Origin: Bacteriovoracaceae bacterium
GTDB taxonomy: Bacteria; Bdellovibrionota; Bacteriovoracia; Bacteriovoracales; Bacteriovoracaceae
Reading direction: 5' to 3'
Length of the DNA: 47,368 nucleotides
NCBI GenBank assembly: GCA_018649885.1
Contig: JABIHA010000068.1
Span: 62,001 to 109,368, forward strand
In this document: one piece after another, positions 28,096 through 37,400 of the stretch
Layout: each line of letters opens with the position of its first letter
How positions within the stretch are numbered: the stretch's first letter is position 1
Notes under the pieces: model-generated
What the model was told of the DNA's origin: nothing
Databases searched by the model: none
Seen by the model: only the letters and a program-made list of their open reading frames with translations
Position numbers and translations under genes: made by a program

Positions 28096-29526
28096 TCACA
28101 AAGTTTTTAAATATTCTAAAATTGCAAGCCTTTGATCTTTACTTAATTCTTTTCCCATATCATGTCCGGAGTTCCCCTTACCGAGGACTGCCGTATTCAC
28201 ATAGAATCTTTTTTTCCAATTACTTAATTTCTTGGGGATTTTTTTAACTTCATCAAATTTCTTCCCAATTTTAACTAAATCATACACACCATGATTCTTC
28301 CAAATATCAGGTCTTTCCTCTGGGAAAAGAACTCCATATAGAGTCGGCACTGATCCATTATGAAAATAAGGGCCCGTTGCCCAAACTCCATTGAGAGCAG
28401 GCGCTATAAAGCCTTTTCTTTCAACCCATAGATCAAGTTTTCCATAATCTCCAATCCAACTATTCTTAAAAACTTTTAAAAATTTATTTGATGGTGTTAA
28501 TTTGAGCCTTGCTGAATCAGTACCAACTTTCTCATGATCAATAACTTTTTCTGGATATCTTTGAGAAGCACCATACTTTCCATGACATTTAGCACATGTC
28601 TTAATGAACAACTTCTCTCCCTTAATAGAAAGGGACGCATTTACAGTTCCTGGATACTTTGGAGGAGCAGGAAGTGATCTTATATAAGACAAAATATTGA
28701 CAAATTTTCCATCCCAAGAGCGTATTAAATCGCCACTATTTTCAGGAGCAAGGGTAAGACCCATTAAACTTTTTTTATGTATTGGTGAATTTCCATCCCA
28801 ATACATTCTCTTTTTTCTTTTTATATTCCACCAAGGTGGTACATCCTCATCAAAATTATAAATTCGCCCTACATTATTAATTATCAAACTTCTGTCTAGG
28901 TGCTTATTTCTAATCATCATATTATAAGCAACAATGCAGGCTGCATTATTGGCGCCCTTTACTCTTCCAAAGGGATAACAAGGAGTGACCTTCAAAGAAG
29001 CTGCTGCTGCAATTTTTCCTACTCTAAGTTTCATGGTATCTTCTACAAAGCTTGAAATATCTACTTCAGAGTTTGGCTGACCTATAAATGGTTTGCCGTT
29101 AATATTACCAGCGTGACATAGAAAACAATTTGGGCTCCAAATCTCTTTTCCCTTCTTAGTCCTCCGTACAAACTGCATGGGAGCATCCCCGTTATCATAA
29201 GATGCTTCCATGAATCCATATCTAGCTAAATTTACTTTTTTAATTCCCTCTGGAGATTTTGAAAGATAATCAATCAAATCACGCCGTGACATAACTTTAA
29301 GATTCAGACCGTGCGAAATGCTTTGGTCAATTAAGTCTTTTAAATCTTCTTTATCCCAAGTGGTGAATAGTTTGAGGTATTCTGCTTTGGATAGTGTGAG
29401 GAGTGGGAACCTTTGAAAGGGAGTTTCAACAATATCCCTTAATCCAGGATGGGCATAGCTAGCTGCATATCCCGTTGAAAATCCAAAAGCTAGAAATAAT
29501 ATTGTGAGACCAACAATAATCTTCAT
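28096..29526 (-). CDS. Exported di-heme c-type cytochrome, RoxA/cytochrome c peroxidase-like
   Basis: Signal peptide, CFLCH and CAKCH, DVPPWW, VGTDSAR, WATGPYFHNGSVPTL, GNSGH, LEYLKTL. Confidence 0.85.
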   Translation of the reverse strand: MKIIVGLTILFLAFGFSTGYAASYAHPGLRDIVETPFQRFPLLTLSKAEYLKLFTTWDKEDLKDLIDQSISHGLNLKVMSRRDLIDYLSKSPEGIKKVNLARYGFMEASYDNGDAPMQFVRRTKKGKEIWSPNCFLCHAGNINGKPFIGQPNSEVDISSFVEDTMKLRVGKIAAAASLKVTPCYPFGRVKGANNAACIVAYNMMIRNKHLDRSLIINNVGRIYNFDEDVPPWWNIKRKKRMYWDGNSPIHKKSLMGLTLAPENSGDLIRSWDGKFVNILSYIRSLPAPPKYPGTVNASLSIKGEKLFIKTCAKCHGKYGASQRYPEKVIDHEKVGTDSARLKLTPSNKFLKVFKNSWIGDYGKLDLWVERKGFIAPALNGVWATGPYFHNGSVPTLYGVLFPEERPDIWKNHGVYDLVKIGKKFDEVKKIPKKLSNWKKRFYVNTAVLGKGNSGHDMGKELSKDQRLAILEYLKTL

Positions 29527-29648
29527 TTATATACCCTTTGTAACATCCCCTAAATACTAGTGCCCTTTTACCTGGCATGCCAAATAGAAAAGATATAGGT
29601 GTTAGAAAAAGTTAACTACCCTGGAAAATGAAAAGTATCTAAACCTTT

Positions 29649-29675
29649 TAATTTTATTAACTTAAAAGCCGAGAA
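29649..29675 (+). promoter_or_regulatory. Putative sigma28-type promoter
   Basis: TAAT-N15-GCCGAGAA, 25 bp before the ATG. Confidence 0.5.
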
Positions 29676-29700
29676 GACTGTTAACAACGGAACAATACCA

Positions 29701-30912
29701 ATGAAATCAAAGTTAGCACCAAAACTATTCCTTCAACTTGCTGTAAGTATAGTTGTGCTAATTACATTGATAGAAGTGACTCTTTTGTATTTTTCCTACA
29801 AAAAAAGAGAGTCTGACTTAAACTTTCTCAATCACGATATAGTTGAAAGAGTTTACAAAAATTCTTCTATCAAAATTGATCCTCCTTTTAGTCAAGCATA
29901 TATTAAAAAAGACCTCTACAAATTTTCAAAAAATGTTACGTGGCTAACAATACTGATAATTGCATTCGTTTCAGCAGGAACACTTTTGATTTTTCAATTA
30001 ATTGCGGGGAAGTACATTGCTAAGCTTATTTACTTAAATAATAATTCTGAGAAGAATGGTGAAATTCGCTATAAAGAAGAGGAAATTCCAAATAATGAAA
30101 TCGGGGATTTAATCAAAAGTCGAGAGTTACTACTAGATACAATTGAAGACTATCAAGCAAATATTCAACAAAAACTAAGTGAAGCTAAATCAAGGCTCGA
30201 GCAATCTGCAAAAATGAATATGATTGGAGAGCTTTCATCTTCAATAGCACACGATATTAACAATCCACTAACAACAATATCAATACACCTTGCAACTATT
30301 GAAAAAAGGGTTAATAAAAACCATATAGACTTAGAAACACTCAATAATTCAATCAGTAAAAGTAGGCTTGCACTCGATCGAATCATCAAGCTAGTAAAAA
30401 GAATGAATTCATTTAATCGATCAGAGAAAAGAGAAGATGCTCATCTATGTTTAACTCAGATAGTTGATAATGCGATGGTTTTAATAGCCAATAAAGTCAA
30501 CAAATTCAAAGCGGAAGTAGTACTGAGCTTTCCAAAAGACATTCCCCATGTCAGTGGTGACTCTACTTCTCTTGAACAAGTTATTATGAATCTAATCTCT
30601 AATACATGCGATGCTATGGAGAATTCAAAAGAAAGAAAAATTTATATCAAGGCCCACGCTGCTGAAGATGAAAATGTAATTTTATCAATAACTGATACAG
30701 GCGAAGGGATTAGTAGTGAAAATATTAAGCATTTATTCCAAGCATTCTTCACTACAAAAAAAGATGGCAATGGAACAGGCTTGGGACTATCAATTTGCAG
30801 ACAAATAATTAATGATCACGATGGAATATTAGAAGTTAAATCTGAGCTCGGTATTGGGACGACTTTTTCAATTAATTTACCAAAGGCAAAAAAACAAGTA
30901 AATGCAGCCTAA
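29701..30912 (+). CDS. Membrane sensor histidine kinase with HAMP-like linker
   Basis: Two TMs, NEIGDL, AHDINNPL, DTGEG, FFTTK, GTGLG. Confidence 0.93.
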   Translation: MKSKLAPKLFLQLAVSIVVLITLIEVTLLYFSYKKRESDLNFLNHDIVERVYKNSSIKIDPPFSQAYIKKDLYKFSKNVTWLTILIIAFVSAGTLLIFQLIAGKYIAKLIYLNNNSEKNGEIRYKEEEIPNNEIGDLIKSRELLLDTIEDYQANIQQKLSEAKSRLEQSAKMNMIGELSSSIAHDINNPLTTISIHLATIEKRVNKNHIDLETLNNSISKSRLALDRIIKLVKRMNSFNRSEKREDAHLCLTQIVDNAMVLIANKVNKFKAEVVLSFPKDIPHVSGDSTSLEQVIMNLISNTCDAMENSKERKIYIKAHAAEDENVILSITDTGEGISSENIKHLFQAFFTTKKDGNGTGLGLSICRQIINDHDGILEVKSELGIGTTFSINLPKAKKQVNAA

Positions 30913-30927
30913 GATGTTTGATCACCT

Positions 30928-31593
30928 TTACAGGGAAATAAAAACATCTTCCTTACTATCACACTCACCTTGATATCTTATATACGGTTTCTTTTTGTCG
31001 TGAACAATAGTGCATTTTTTAAGAGTAACTTTCAGCTCTTCTTCTTCAAAGTCAAGTTCAGTCTTATCTATTTTACAGCCAAATTTTTCATTAGAGGTTT
31101 TTAAACAACTATAGAGAAATACCTCTTCAGGATCAGAGTCTCTTTCAATTTCCCACACGCTTAAACTTGAAGTGGCAGACCTACGAGGCAAATACAACAC
31201 CTCAGTCTTATTTAAAGTTAGATAGATTGCATCATCATAAAACTGGACGAAACTTCGGTTTTTAGGGGATGTACTATAGCCAAAATCATAGGGGCCATTA
31301 AAATGCTCTCCATCATCATAGCTCACAAACGCCATGACTTTAGAAGGTGCACTTCCTGCATAGGCTTTATAACCAATAATCAGAAGCGAGTGGTCATGTG
31401 AAAAAACATTTTGAATATTGAAGCGTTTAACATTGTTGTCAAAAATAAGCTCCCTGTCATTTCCATTCACTCTAAAAACTCTTTGATTTAAACCTAGTGA
31501 ATGACTCCTTGGCTCGATTGTATAGTCAGCACTTGCCGTAAAACTTACAAGTGTGGCAGCGAGTGTGAACAGTAAAACGGTAGCGATTTTCAT
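30928..31593 (-). CDS. Secreted hypothetical protein with one Asp-box (BNR) motif
   Basis: Signal peptide ...TASA; FVSYDDGEHF matches SxDxGxxW/F. Confidence 0.7.
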   Translation of the reverse strand: MKIATVLLFTLAATLVSFTASADYTIEPRSHSLGLNQRVFRVNGNDRELIFDNNVKRFNIQNVFSHDHSLLIIGYKAYAGSAPSKVMAFVSYDDGEHFNGPYDFGYSTSPKNRSFVQFYDDAIYLTLNKTEVLYLPRRSATSSLSVWEIERDSDPEEVFLYSCLKTSNEKFGCKIDKTELDFEEEELKVTLKKCTIVHDKKKPYIRYQGECDSKEDVFISL

Positions 31594-31678
31594 AAGATAT
31601 AAATAAATCGAAATACACCTATATAGGAAGAGAAGTTATAAATTTTACCGAAGAAAAACCACCTAAATAACCCGACGC

Positions 31679-31693
31679 GCAATTTGGGTGCCA
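31679..31693 (-). promoter_or_regulatory. sigma54 -24/-12 promoter
   Basis: TGGCAC-CCAAA-TTGC, an exact TGGCAC-N5-TTGC match, 85 bp upstream of the 31593 start. Confidence 0.65.
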
Positions 31694-31903
31694 AAACGAT
31701 ACTCTCGCAAAAATCAACTGTTAGGTTACTTCGGATAATTAAAATTTAATTAAACAATATTAAATAGATAGCGCTATTCAAGAACAACTCGCAATGTCAG
31801 AAACCAAGACTTTCGCCCCCATGTGTTGATTTCATTTTGACCAATTGAAAAAATTTTCCCAAGGTGTTCCTAGAACTTGAAACATTTACATAAAGGAGCA
31901 CTT

Positions 31904-32677
31904 ATGAATTTAAATGTTTTTACAAAAATGATCATGACCTTTGTATTAGCAATGGGAATGTTGTCTTCTAACTTAGAAGCAAAAGGCAGAAAAGCGCGGC
32001 CAGGTAAAAGAGGCCCAAGTCACCGTCCCGCAAGACCTCACCGGCCTTCAAGACCTAGTCATCGTCCTGCAAGACCACGTCCATCAAGACCGAGTCACCG
32101 TCCTGCAAGACCTCACCGTCCTTCAAGACCACATCACCGTCCTGCAAGACCACACCGTCCTTCAAGACCACATCACCGTCCTGCAAGAACACACCGTCCT
32201 TCAAGACCACATCACCGTCCTGCAAGAAACCATCACCACAGAAAACATGTGAGAGGTCCATGGAGAAGAGTTGCACACTCAAGGCCAGGAAGACATCACA
32301 GAAATTTCAGAGTAATTGGTCATCACCATGCAAGATATGCAAGGCCTCATTACTACTGGAGAAATGTACCTAGACACCACTACTACAGAAGCTGGTTAAT
32401 GTGGTCAGTAGACGTAAATATCTACGTCAATGGTTACTATGCTTTTAATAACTACCCTTACTATGTATTTAACGGTTACAGGCATCGTTACTCATCAGTA
32501 GATCTATGTGATTACGATCTAGTTGATAGCTACAGTGATACTATAGAGAAAACTTTTTACGGCCTTTCTTGTAAAAGAGCATATGACAAATGTGCCTTTG
32601 AAAGAACTATCTTTAACGAAAGTGAAAGAGACTACCGTTACTTTTGTGCAGAAAAATTTGACAACTCATACCTATAA
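31904..32677 (+). CDS. Secreted His/Arg/Pro-repeat protein with C-terminal four-Cys domain
   Basis: AAGGAG RBS, signal peptide ...NLEA, HRPARPHRPSRP(S/H) repeats, Tyr-rich C-terminus. Confidence 0.85.
   Translation: MNLNVFTKMIMTFVLAMGMLSSNLEAKGRKARPGKRGPSHRPARPHRPSRPSHRPARPRPSRPSHRPARPHRPSRPHHRPARPHRPSRPHHRPARTHRPSRPHHRPARNHHHRKHVRGPWRRVAHSRPGRHHRNFRVIGHHHARYARPHYYWRNVPRHHYYRSWLMWSVDVNIYVNGYYAFNNYPYYVFNGYRHRYSSVDLCDYDLVDSYSDTIEKTFYGLSCKRAYDKCAFERTIFNESERDYRYFCAEKFDNSYL
32021..32227 (+). repeat. In-frame coding tandem repeat, 39-bp units (one of 36 bp)
   Basis: Units at 32021, 32060, 32096, 32135, 32174 and a partial one at 32213; CACCGTCCTGCAAGACCWCACCGTCCTTCAAGACCACAT. Confidence 0.95.
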
Positions 32678-32687
32678 TTAATTTAAC

Positions 32688-32712
32688 TTTGGGCCCAACT
32701 CTTGGGCCCAAA
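32688..32712. terminator. Hairpin after the His/Arg/Pro gene
   Basis: TTTGGGCCCAA-CTC-TTGGGCCCAAA; no clear T tract on the + strand. Confidence 0.5.
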
Positions 32713-32754
32713 GCCCCTCTACTCTAACCAACTAAATTTATCTCCTTCTTTGTG

Positions 32755-32795
32755 TTGATCATAGTCATGCAATTTTTGTGAGCTTGGACTATAAT
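32755..32795 (+). promoter_or_regulatory. FNR/CRP-type box with class II promoter
   Basis: TTGAT-CATA-GTCAT (32755-32768) and TATAAT (32790-32795). Confidence 0.75.
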
Positions 32796-32824
32796 CAGGT
32801 CTCTATATTAACTAGGAGCATAAA

Positions 32825-33244
32825 ATGATAGCAAATGACCTCGAAATTTCTAAGTTAATGACTGCAGATATTTTCACATTAAATGAAAGTGATACCGTTG
32901 ATATAGCCGAAGAGGTAATGGGATGGCGAACGATTAGGCATATACCCATTGTTGATGACGATCAAAGATTAGTAGGCCTCTTAACTCACAGGGATATTCT
33001 CAAGTGCTCAATTTCAATGATTGCTGGCATTTCCAAGGAAACCCAAAGAAAGCTCAATCACGTTATTAAAATAAAAGAAGTAATGAACACCGAACCTAGA
33101 TCAATTCCTCAAAATACCTTAGTGAGAGATGCTGCAAAAATATTAGTCGAAAATAAATTTGGGTGCCTTCCCATTGTCGACGGAGAAAAACTTGTAGGTA
33201 TTGTAACAGAAGCAGACTTCGTAAAAGCTTTTATTAAGGATTGA
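32825..33244 (+). CDS. CBS-pair domain protein
   Basis: IRHIPIVD...LVGLLTHRD; GCLPIVD...LVGIVTEAD. Confidence 0.93.
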   Translation: MIANDLEISKLMTADIFTLNESDTVDIAEEVMGWRTIRHIPIVDDDQRLVGLLTHRDILKCSISMIAGISKETQRKLNHVIKIKEVMNTEPRSIPQNTLVRDAAKILVENKFGCLPIVDGEKLVGIVTEADFVKAFIKD

Positions 33245-33249
33245 TTTTT

Positions 33250-33609
33250 CTAGACCAGTGGAAAATTTGCTAAAACGCTCCCCAGCCCGCCTTGAATATT
33301 TTTAATTTCAACAAGGGAGCTCTTATTGAGCACTATGCATTTTGATCCTGGGAAAATTTTTAAAGAGTATTTAAAGGGAAGTTCTTCTACTAGTTCGTGT
33401 AACCCAACTATACAAAAATTTTCTACAAGAAGACTCTCGTAATTCCGTTGCAACTCCATCTTTCCATCTAGGAAAACAAAAGAAACCTTAGGTACATGAC
33501 CTTTGTATATTAGCATTTCTTCTTTGCTGTAATGGTTCAACTCACCGAAGTCTTTGATTTTCTCTACTTCGATTTCTGTAAGGGATAAAATGTTGGCTTT
33601 TTTCTTCAT
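33250..33609 (-). CDS. Small cNMP-binding-fold (Crp N-terminal-like) protein
   Basis: LIYKGH...FVFLDGKMEL...IVGLHEL pattern; start ATG 33609 chosen from promoter geometry (track start 33618). Confidence 0.65.
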   Translation of the reverse strand: MKKKANILSLTEIEVEKIKDFGELNHYSKEEMLIYKGHVPKVSFVFLDGKMELQRNYESLLVENFCIVGLHELVEELPFKYSLKIFPGSKCIVLNKSSLVEIKNIQGGLGSVLANFPLV

Positions 33610-33616
33610 GGGAGCC

Positions 33617-33657
33617 ATTCTACCCAGAACGGCTCTTTAATACATGACGTATATCAG
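33617..33657 (-). promoter_or_regulatory. FNR/CRP-type box with class II promoter
   Basis: Minus strand CTGAT-ATAC-GTCAT (33657-33644) and TAGAAT (33622-33617). Confidence 0.65.
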
Positions 33658-33660
33658 GCT

Positions 33661-34377
33661 TTAATATGAAAGTCGCGCAAACTCTAAGAGTTTTTCCTCA
33701 TTTGTGATAATTATATTCTTACCTTCCTGAGTTACAACGCCCTCTTCCTTCAACTCTGAGATGCATCGAATAAGTGTTTCAGTAGCAGTGCCAATAAAGG
33801 AAGCCATCTCTTCCCTAGTTAGCTTCAACTGGATCTTCCAACCGATTTCAGTTTCAGTACCATGGCTTTCTTTTAAAAGTAAAAGAAGCTCGGCAACTCT
33901 CTCAAAAACACTTTTTTGTGAAATTGAAGCTACTTTTTTCTCACACGCCCCTAAATCCCTTCCAAGCTTTTCAATTAAGTGAGAAGCGACGCTAGGCTGG
34001 TTTTGGACAACTTTTAAAATATATTTCTTATCTAAAAAACACACAATTGTATCTTCGAGAGCAATAGCTGTGGCACTGTAAAACTGATTCGTAAAAATAC
34101 TTCTGTGACCTAAAACATCACCATCAGTGGCAAGACGAACTATATTCTCTTTGCCATCTAGACCCATTTTCGTCACTTTGATATTTCCTTTACTGATACA
34201 GTAAAGTCCATAGGGAGGATTACCTTCAACGAATAAAGTCTGCCCTTTTTTATAAACATTAGTTATCTTGTGACAGCTGAGATCGTTCAGAGCTTCAGAA
34301 TCAACACCACAGAAAATGCCCTCAGTTCGAGATGAACAATCATTGCAATGTTGAGGGATATCATGTTTTTTTGCCAT
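33661..34377 (-). CDS. Crp/Fnr-family regulator with N-terminal Cys cluster
   Basis: CNDC-x8-C, cNMP fold, internal VCF Cys, HTH LTREEMASFIGTATETLIR. Confidence 0.93.
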   Translation of the reverse strand: MAKKHDIPQHCNDCSSRTEGIFCGVDSEALNDLSCHKITNVYKKGQTLFVEGNPPYGLYCISKGNIKVTKMGLDGKENIVRLATDGDVLGHRSIFTNQFYSATAIALEDTIVCFLDKKYILKVVQNQPSVASHLIEKLGRDLGACEKKVASISQKSVFERVAELLLLLKESHGTETEIGWKIQLKLTREEMASFIGTATETLIRCISELKEEGVVTQEGKNIIITNEEKLLEFARLSY

Positions 34378-34397
34378 GTTTTGCTCCTAGTACGTGC

Positions 34398-34466
34398 AGA
34401 ATATCACTAAAATGGTCAAATTATATGATACAGATCATACTTTTGCCTCTAATATGTCTGTATTTT
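34398..34466. promoter_or_regulatory. FNR-type box shared by divergent promoters
   Basis: ATGAT-ACAG-ATCAT (34425-34438) with TATTCT on - (34403-34398) and TATTTT on + (34461-34466). Confidence 0.7.
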
Positions 34467-34496
34467 AAACTTCTAACCTATTCAAAATATGTATGT

Positions 34497-35843
34497 ATGA
34501 AATTGCTAGACAAATATAACCAACAACTACCTCGATACACAAGCTTTCCTGCACATCCGCACTGGAATGGTTCTCCTACCACCGTACAGTGGATGAACCA
34601 GTTACAGGAGACATCTAGGGAAAACAATAACTTAGAGATATATATTCATATACCTTATTGTGAGAGCCTTTGTCGCTTCTGTGCCTGTAATAAAAAAATC
34701 ACTAAAAATAAGGAGATTTCTAAAATTTATATAGATGCCTTACTTAAAGAATGGAAGCATTACACTGACCAAAACCTTGATTTTCAGACCACTGGTATAC
34801 ACCTTGGTGGGGGTACTCCCACATTTTTGTCTCCAGGGGAGCTAGATTTACTATTTACAGAACTTTCAAAAACCATGAAGTTTGCTCCCAAATTCAAAGG
34901 CTCTATTGAAATCGACCCCAGAGTTACAGTTCCAGGTCATCTAGAGGTTTTTGAAAAACATAATTTTAACCATATTTCACTCGGAATTCAGGACTTTGAT
35001 TTAGCCGTCCAAGAAAATATTAGTCGAATTCAACCACTGGAATTAGTAGCAGATCTTGTTTCAAAAATTAGAAGCCGAGATGGCATTTTTTTAAATTTTG
35101 ATTTAATCCACGGACTACCTGGACAAACACCAGAGACCATTCGAGACACATTCGATAAAGTCATTGACCTGGGCCCAGACACTATCGCCTACTACAGCTA
35201 TGCTAGAGTTCCCTGGAAATCGAAGGCCCAGAGTCTACTCGAGAAATTAAAAATTCCTACAGGGGAAGAGAAGAAAGAATTATTTGATATTGGAAAACAA
35301 GCTCTTTTAGCAAATGGATTTAAGGAGTTGGGTTTTGATCACTTTGCTAAACCAGAATCTGAGCTATACAAATCTAAACAAAGTGGAACTCTCAAAAGAA
35401 ATTTTATGGGCTATACGGTCAGCAATGCAGAGATGCTCATAGGCCTCGGTTGCTCATCTATCTCTTACTCAGGACTAGGCTATGTCCAAAATGAGAAAAA
35501 CCCTGACACTTACATGGAACAAATCCAAAAAGGTGAAATGCCCTTCATTACAGGACATACTCACAGTGAACTAGATATAGAAATCTATAAAAACATTCAA
35601 GAATTGATGTGCAATGGGAGATCTGATCTCACTGAGACACTTAGTAAAATGAGCACTAATCTATCTGGAACAGTACTCGCAGAACTTAATGATATGAAAA
35701 CTGACGGCATCCTAGACATAAACAATGGTGTTGTCGAAGTTAAAGAAATTGGCATCCCCTATGTCCGAAATATCTGTAAAGCATTAGATTACAACCTTAA
35801 GGATAAGAAGACGCCTAAAAATCAGTTTAGTAGCACAATCTAA
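34497..35843 (+). CDS. hemN: Oxygen-independent coproporphyrinogen III oxidase
   Basis: PRYTSFP, YIHIPYCESLCRFCAC radical SAM motif, GGGTP, RNFMGYT; start MKLLDKY. Confidence 0.95.
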   Translation: MKLLDKYNQQLPRYTSFPAHPHWNGSPTTVQWMNQLQETSRENNNLEIYIHIPYCESLCRFCACNKKITKNKEISKIYIDALLKEWKHYTDQNLDFQTTGIHLGGGTPTFLSPGELDLLFTELSKTMKFAPKFKGSIEIDPRVTVPGHLEVFEKHNFNHISLGIQDFDLAVQENISRIQPLELVADLVSKIRSRDGIFLNFDLIHGLPGQTPETIRDTFDKVIDLGPDTIAYYSYARVPWKSKAQSLLEKLKIPTGEEKKELFDIGKQALLANGFKELGFDHFAKPESELYKSKQSGTLKRNFMGYTVSNAEMLIGLGCSSISYSGLGYVQNEKNPDTYMEQIQKGEMPFITGHTHSELDIEIYKNIQELMCNGRSDLTETLSKMSTNLSGTVLAELNDMKTDGILDINNGVVEVKEIGIPYVRNICKALDYNLKDKKTPKNQFSSTI

Positions 35844-35858
35844 AAAATTTATTGAAAC

Positions 35859-36155
35859 TTATTTTATAGATTCTAAATAGGCACCCAAATCAGCCATCTG
35901 CTCTGGAGTAAGCTTTCTAACAAAAGGCAGCATTGGAGGGTTCTTTCTCTTCTTTGTTTTAAAAGCTATAAGTTGAGTCACAATGTACCAACTGTGCTGA
36001 CCTGCTAACCTTGGAGCTTTTTGGCTTTTTTTACCTTCAGCTTTTTTACCATGACATGCAACGCACTTCTTAAATAGCTTTGCACCTTTTGCTGCGTCTT
36101 GCCCAAAAACGGGGAGGGCCATTGTAAATACTAGCATTCCTAAAATTAATTTCAC
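35859..36155 (-). CDS. Class I cytochrome c (c553/c4-like)
   Basis: Signal peptide, CVACHG, PRLAGQ, distal Met. Confidence 0.93.
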   Translation of the reverse strand: MKLILGMLVFTMALPVFGQDAAKGAKLFKKCVACHGKKAEGKKSQKAPRLAGQHSWYIVTQLIAFKTKKRKNPPMLPFVRKLTPEQMADLGAYLESIK

Positions 36156-36399
36156 CTAATCTTTCCTTTGAGAAATCATTACCAACACTGCTAAATATAA
36201 TCAGAATATGAAAATAATGCTAACAAAATCCAACAGACACTGCAAAAAAAATGGTCCTAGAAATTCAGCTTTTAGTTGCTTGTAAATAGGTCATATCGCT
36301 AATTTTCACCATAAAATTATCGACTCTACTCGGTGACTTTCTGACTCTGACGGGCAAAAAAAGACTAGGCCCTGAGCTATTACATTGCGAAATACATTC

Positions 36400-37290
36400 C
36401 TAGCTATCCCAAAGCCATGCAGCCCCTCTAACTCCACTAGAGTCTCCGTACTTCGCCTTTAATAGTTTAGTTTGAAGTGAATCGGAAAATGCCCATCCCT
36501 CAATCAAGGAAGGCACATTTTTATACAACGAGGTTAAGTTGGAAAGGCCCCCCCCAAGAACAACTACATCTGGATCAACTATATTAATCATGTGGGCCAA
36601 AGCTTTAGCTAGCATAAGCTCATAGTTTTTCAGCACTCTCAAGCACACAACATCACCAGACTCTGCAAGATCAGCTAACACACTTGCTTCTATCTCTTTC
36701 CCGGCCAATTCAAAGTAACTTTTTTCAAGTGCAGGTCCGGAGAGGTAACTCTCTATGCAGTTTTTCTTTCCGCAGTAACATTGACGAACAGGACCGCTAT
36801 CGCTCCAAGGAAGAGGATTATGTCCCCACTCCCCAGAGATGGAATTGCATCCAACGATAGCTTTTTTACCAATCACTAACCCTCCTCCAACACCAGTTCC
36901 AAGTATTACACCAAAAACGATATCTCCATCTTTAGCTGCTCCATCCACTGCTTCAGAAAGGGCAAAACAATTTGCATCATTTGCTATCCTTATGGGTTTT
37001 TTAATTGCCTGTTCGAGATCTTTATCGAAAGGCTTCCCAATAAGACATGTGGTATTGGCATTTTTTACAAGTCCTGTTGCTGGAGAAATAGTGCCTGGAA
37101 TTCCAATGCCCACCGTAAATTCGACACCTATTTCTTTTGCACAAACTTCAACTAACTCTTGTATGGATTTAATAATTTCAAAATAATTACTTGAAGGTGT
37201 TTTAACCCTCTTCTTGAAAACCTCTACATTTTGTTGGTCAAATGCTCGTATTTCAATTTTAGTACCACCTAGGTCTATTCCTATTTTCAT
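36400..37290 (-). CDS. ROK-family sugar kinase (Mak/fructokinase-like)
   Basis: GIDLGGTK, ANDANC, GEWGH, CYCGKKNCIE. Confidence 0.93.
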   Translation of the reverse strand: MKIGIDLGGTKIEIRAFDQQNVEVFKKRVKTPSSNYFEIIKSIQELVEVCAKEIGVEFTVGIGIPGTISPATGLVKNANTTCLIGKPFDKDLEQAIKKPIRIANDANCFALSEAVDGAAKDGDIVFGVILGTGVGGGLVIGKKAIVGCNSISGEWGHNPLPWSDSGPVRQCYCGKKNCIESYLSGPALEKSYFELAGKEIEASVLADLAESGDVVCLRVLKNYELMLAKALAHMINIVDPDVVVLGGGLSNLTSLYKNVPSLIEGWAFSDSLQTKLLKAKYGDSSGVRGAAWLWDS

Positions 37291-37400
37291 ATGTCTCTCG
37301 TTCAGTAAACTAGCAAGTTATGAGGGTATCAAATTAAATTCATTAAAAACTATTTATATGGTTATAATACTGATGGGCATACTCATTTGGAATATAGAAT

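Noticed and set aside
32021..32227. Non-coding repeat array
   Set aside because: Unit lengths are multiples of three, vary mostly synonymously, and lie within an ORF that has an RBS and signal peptide.
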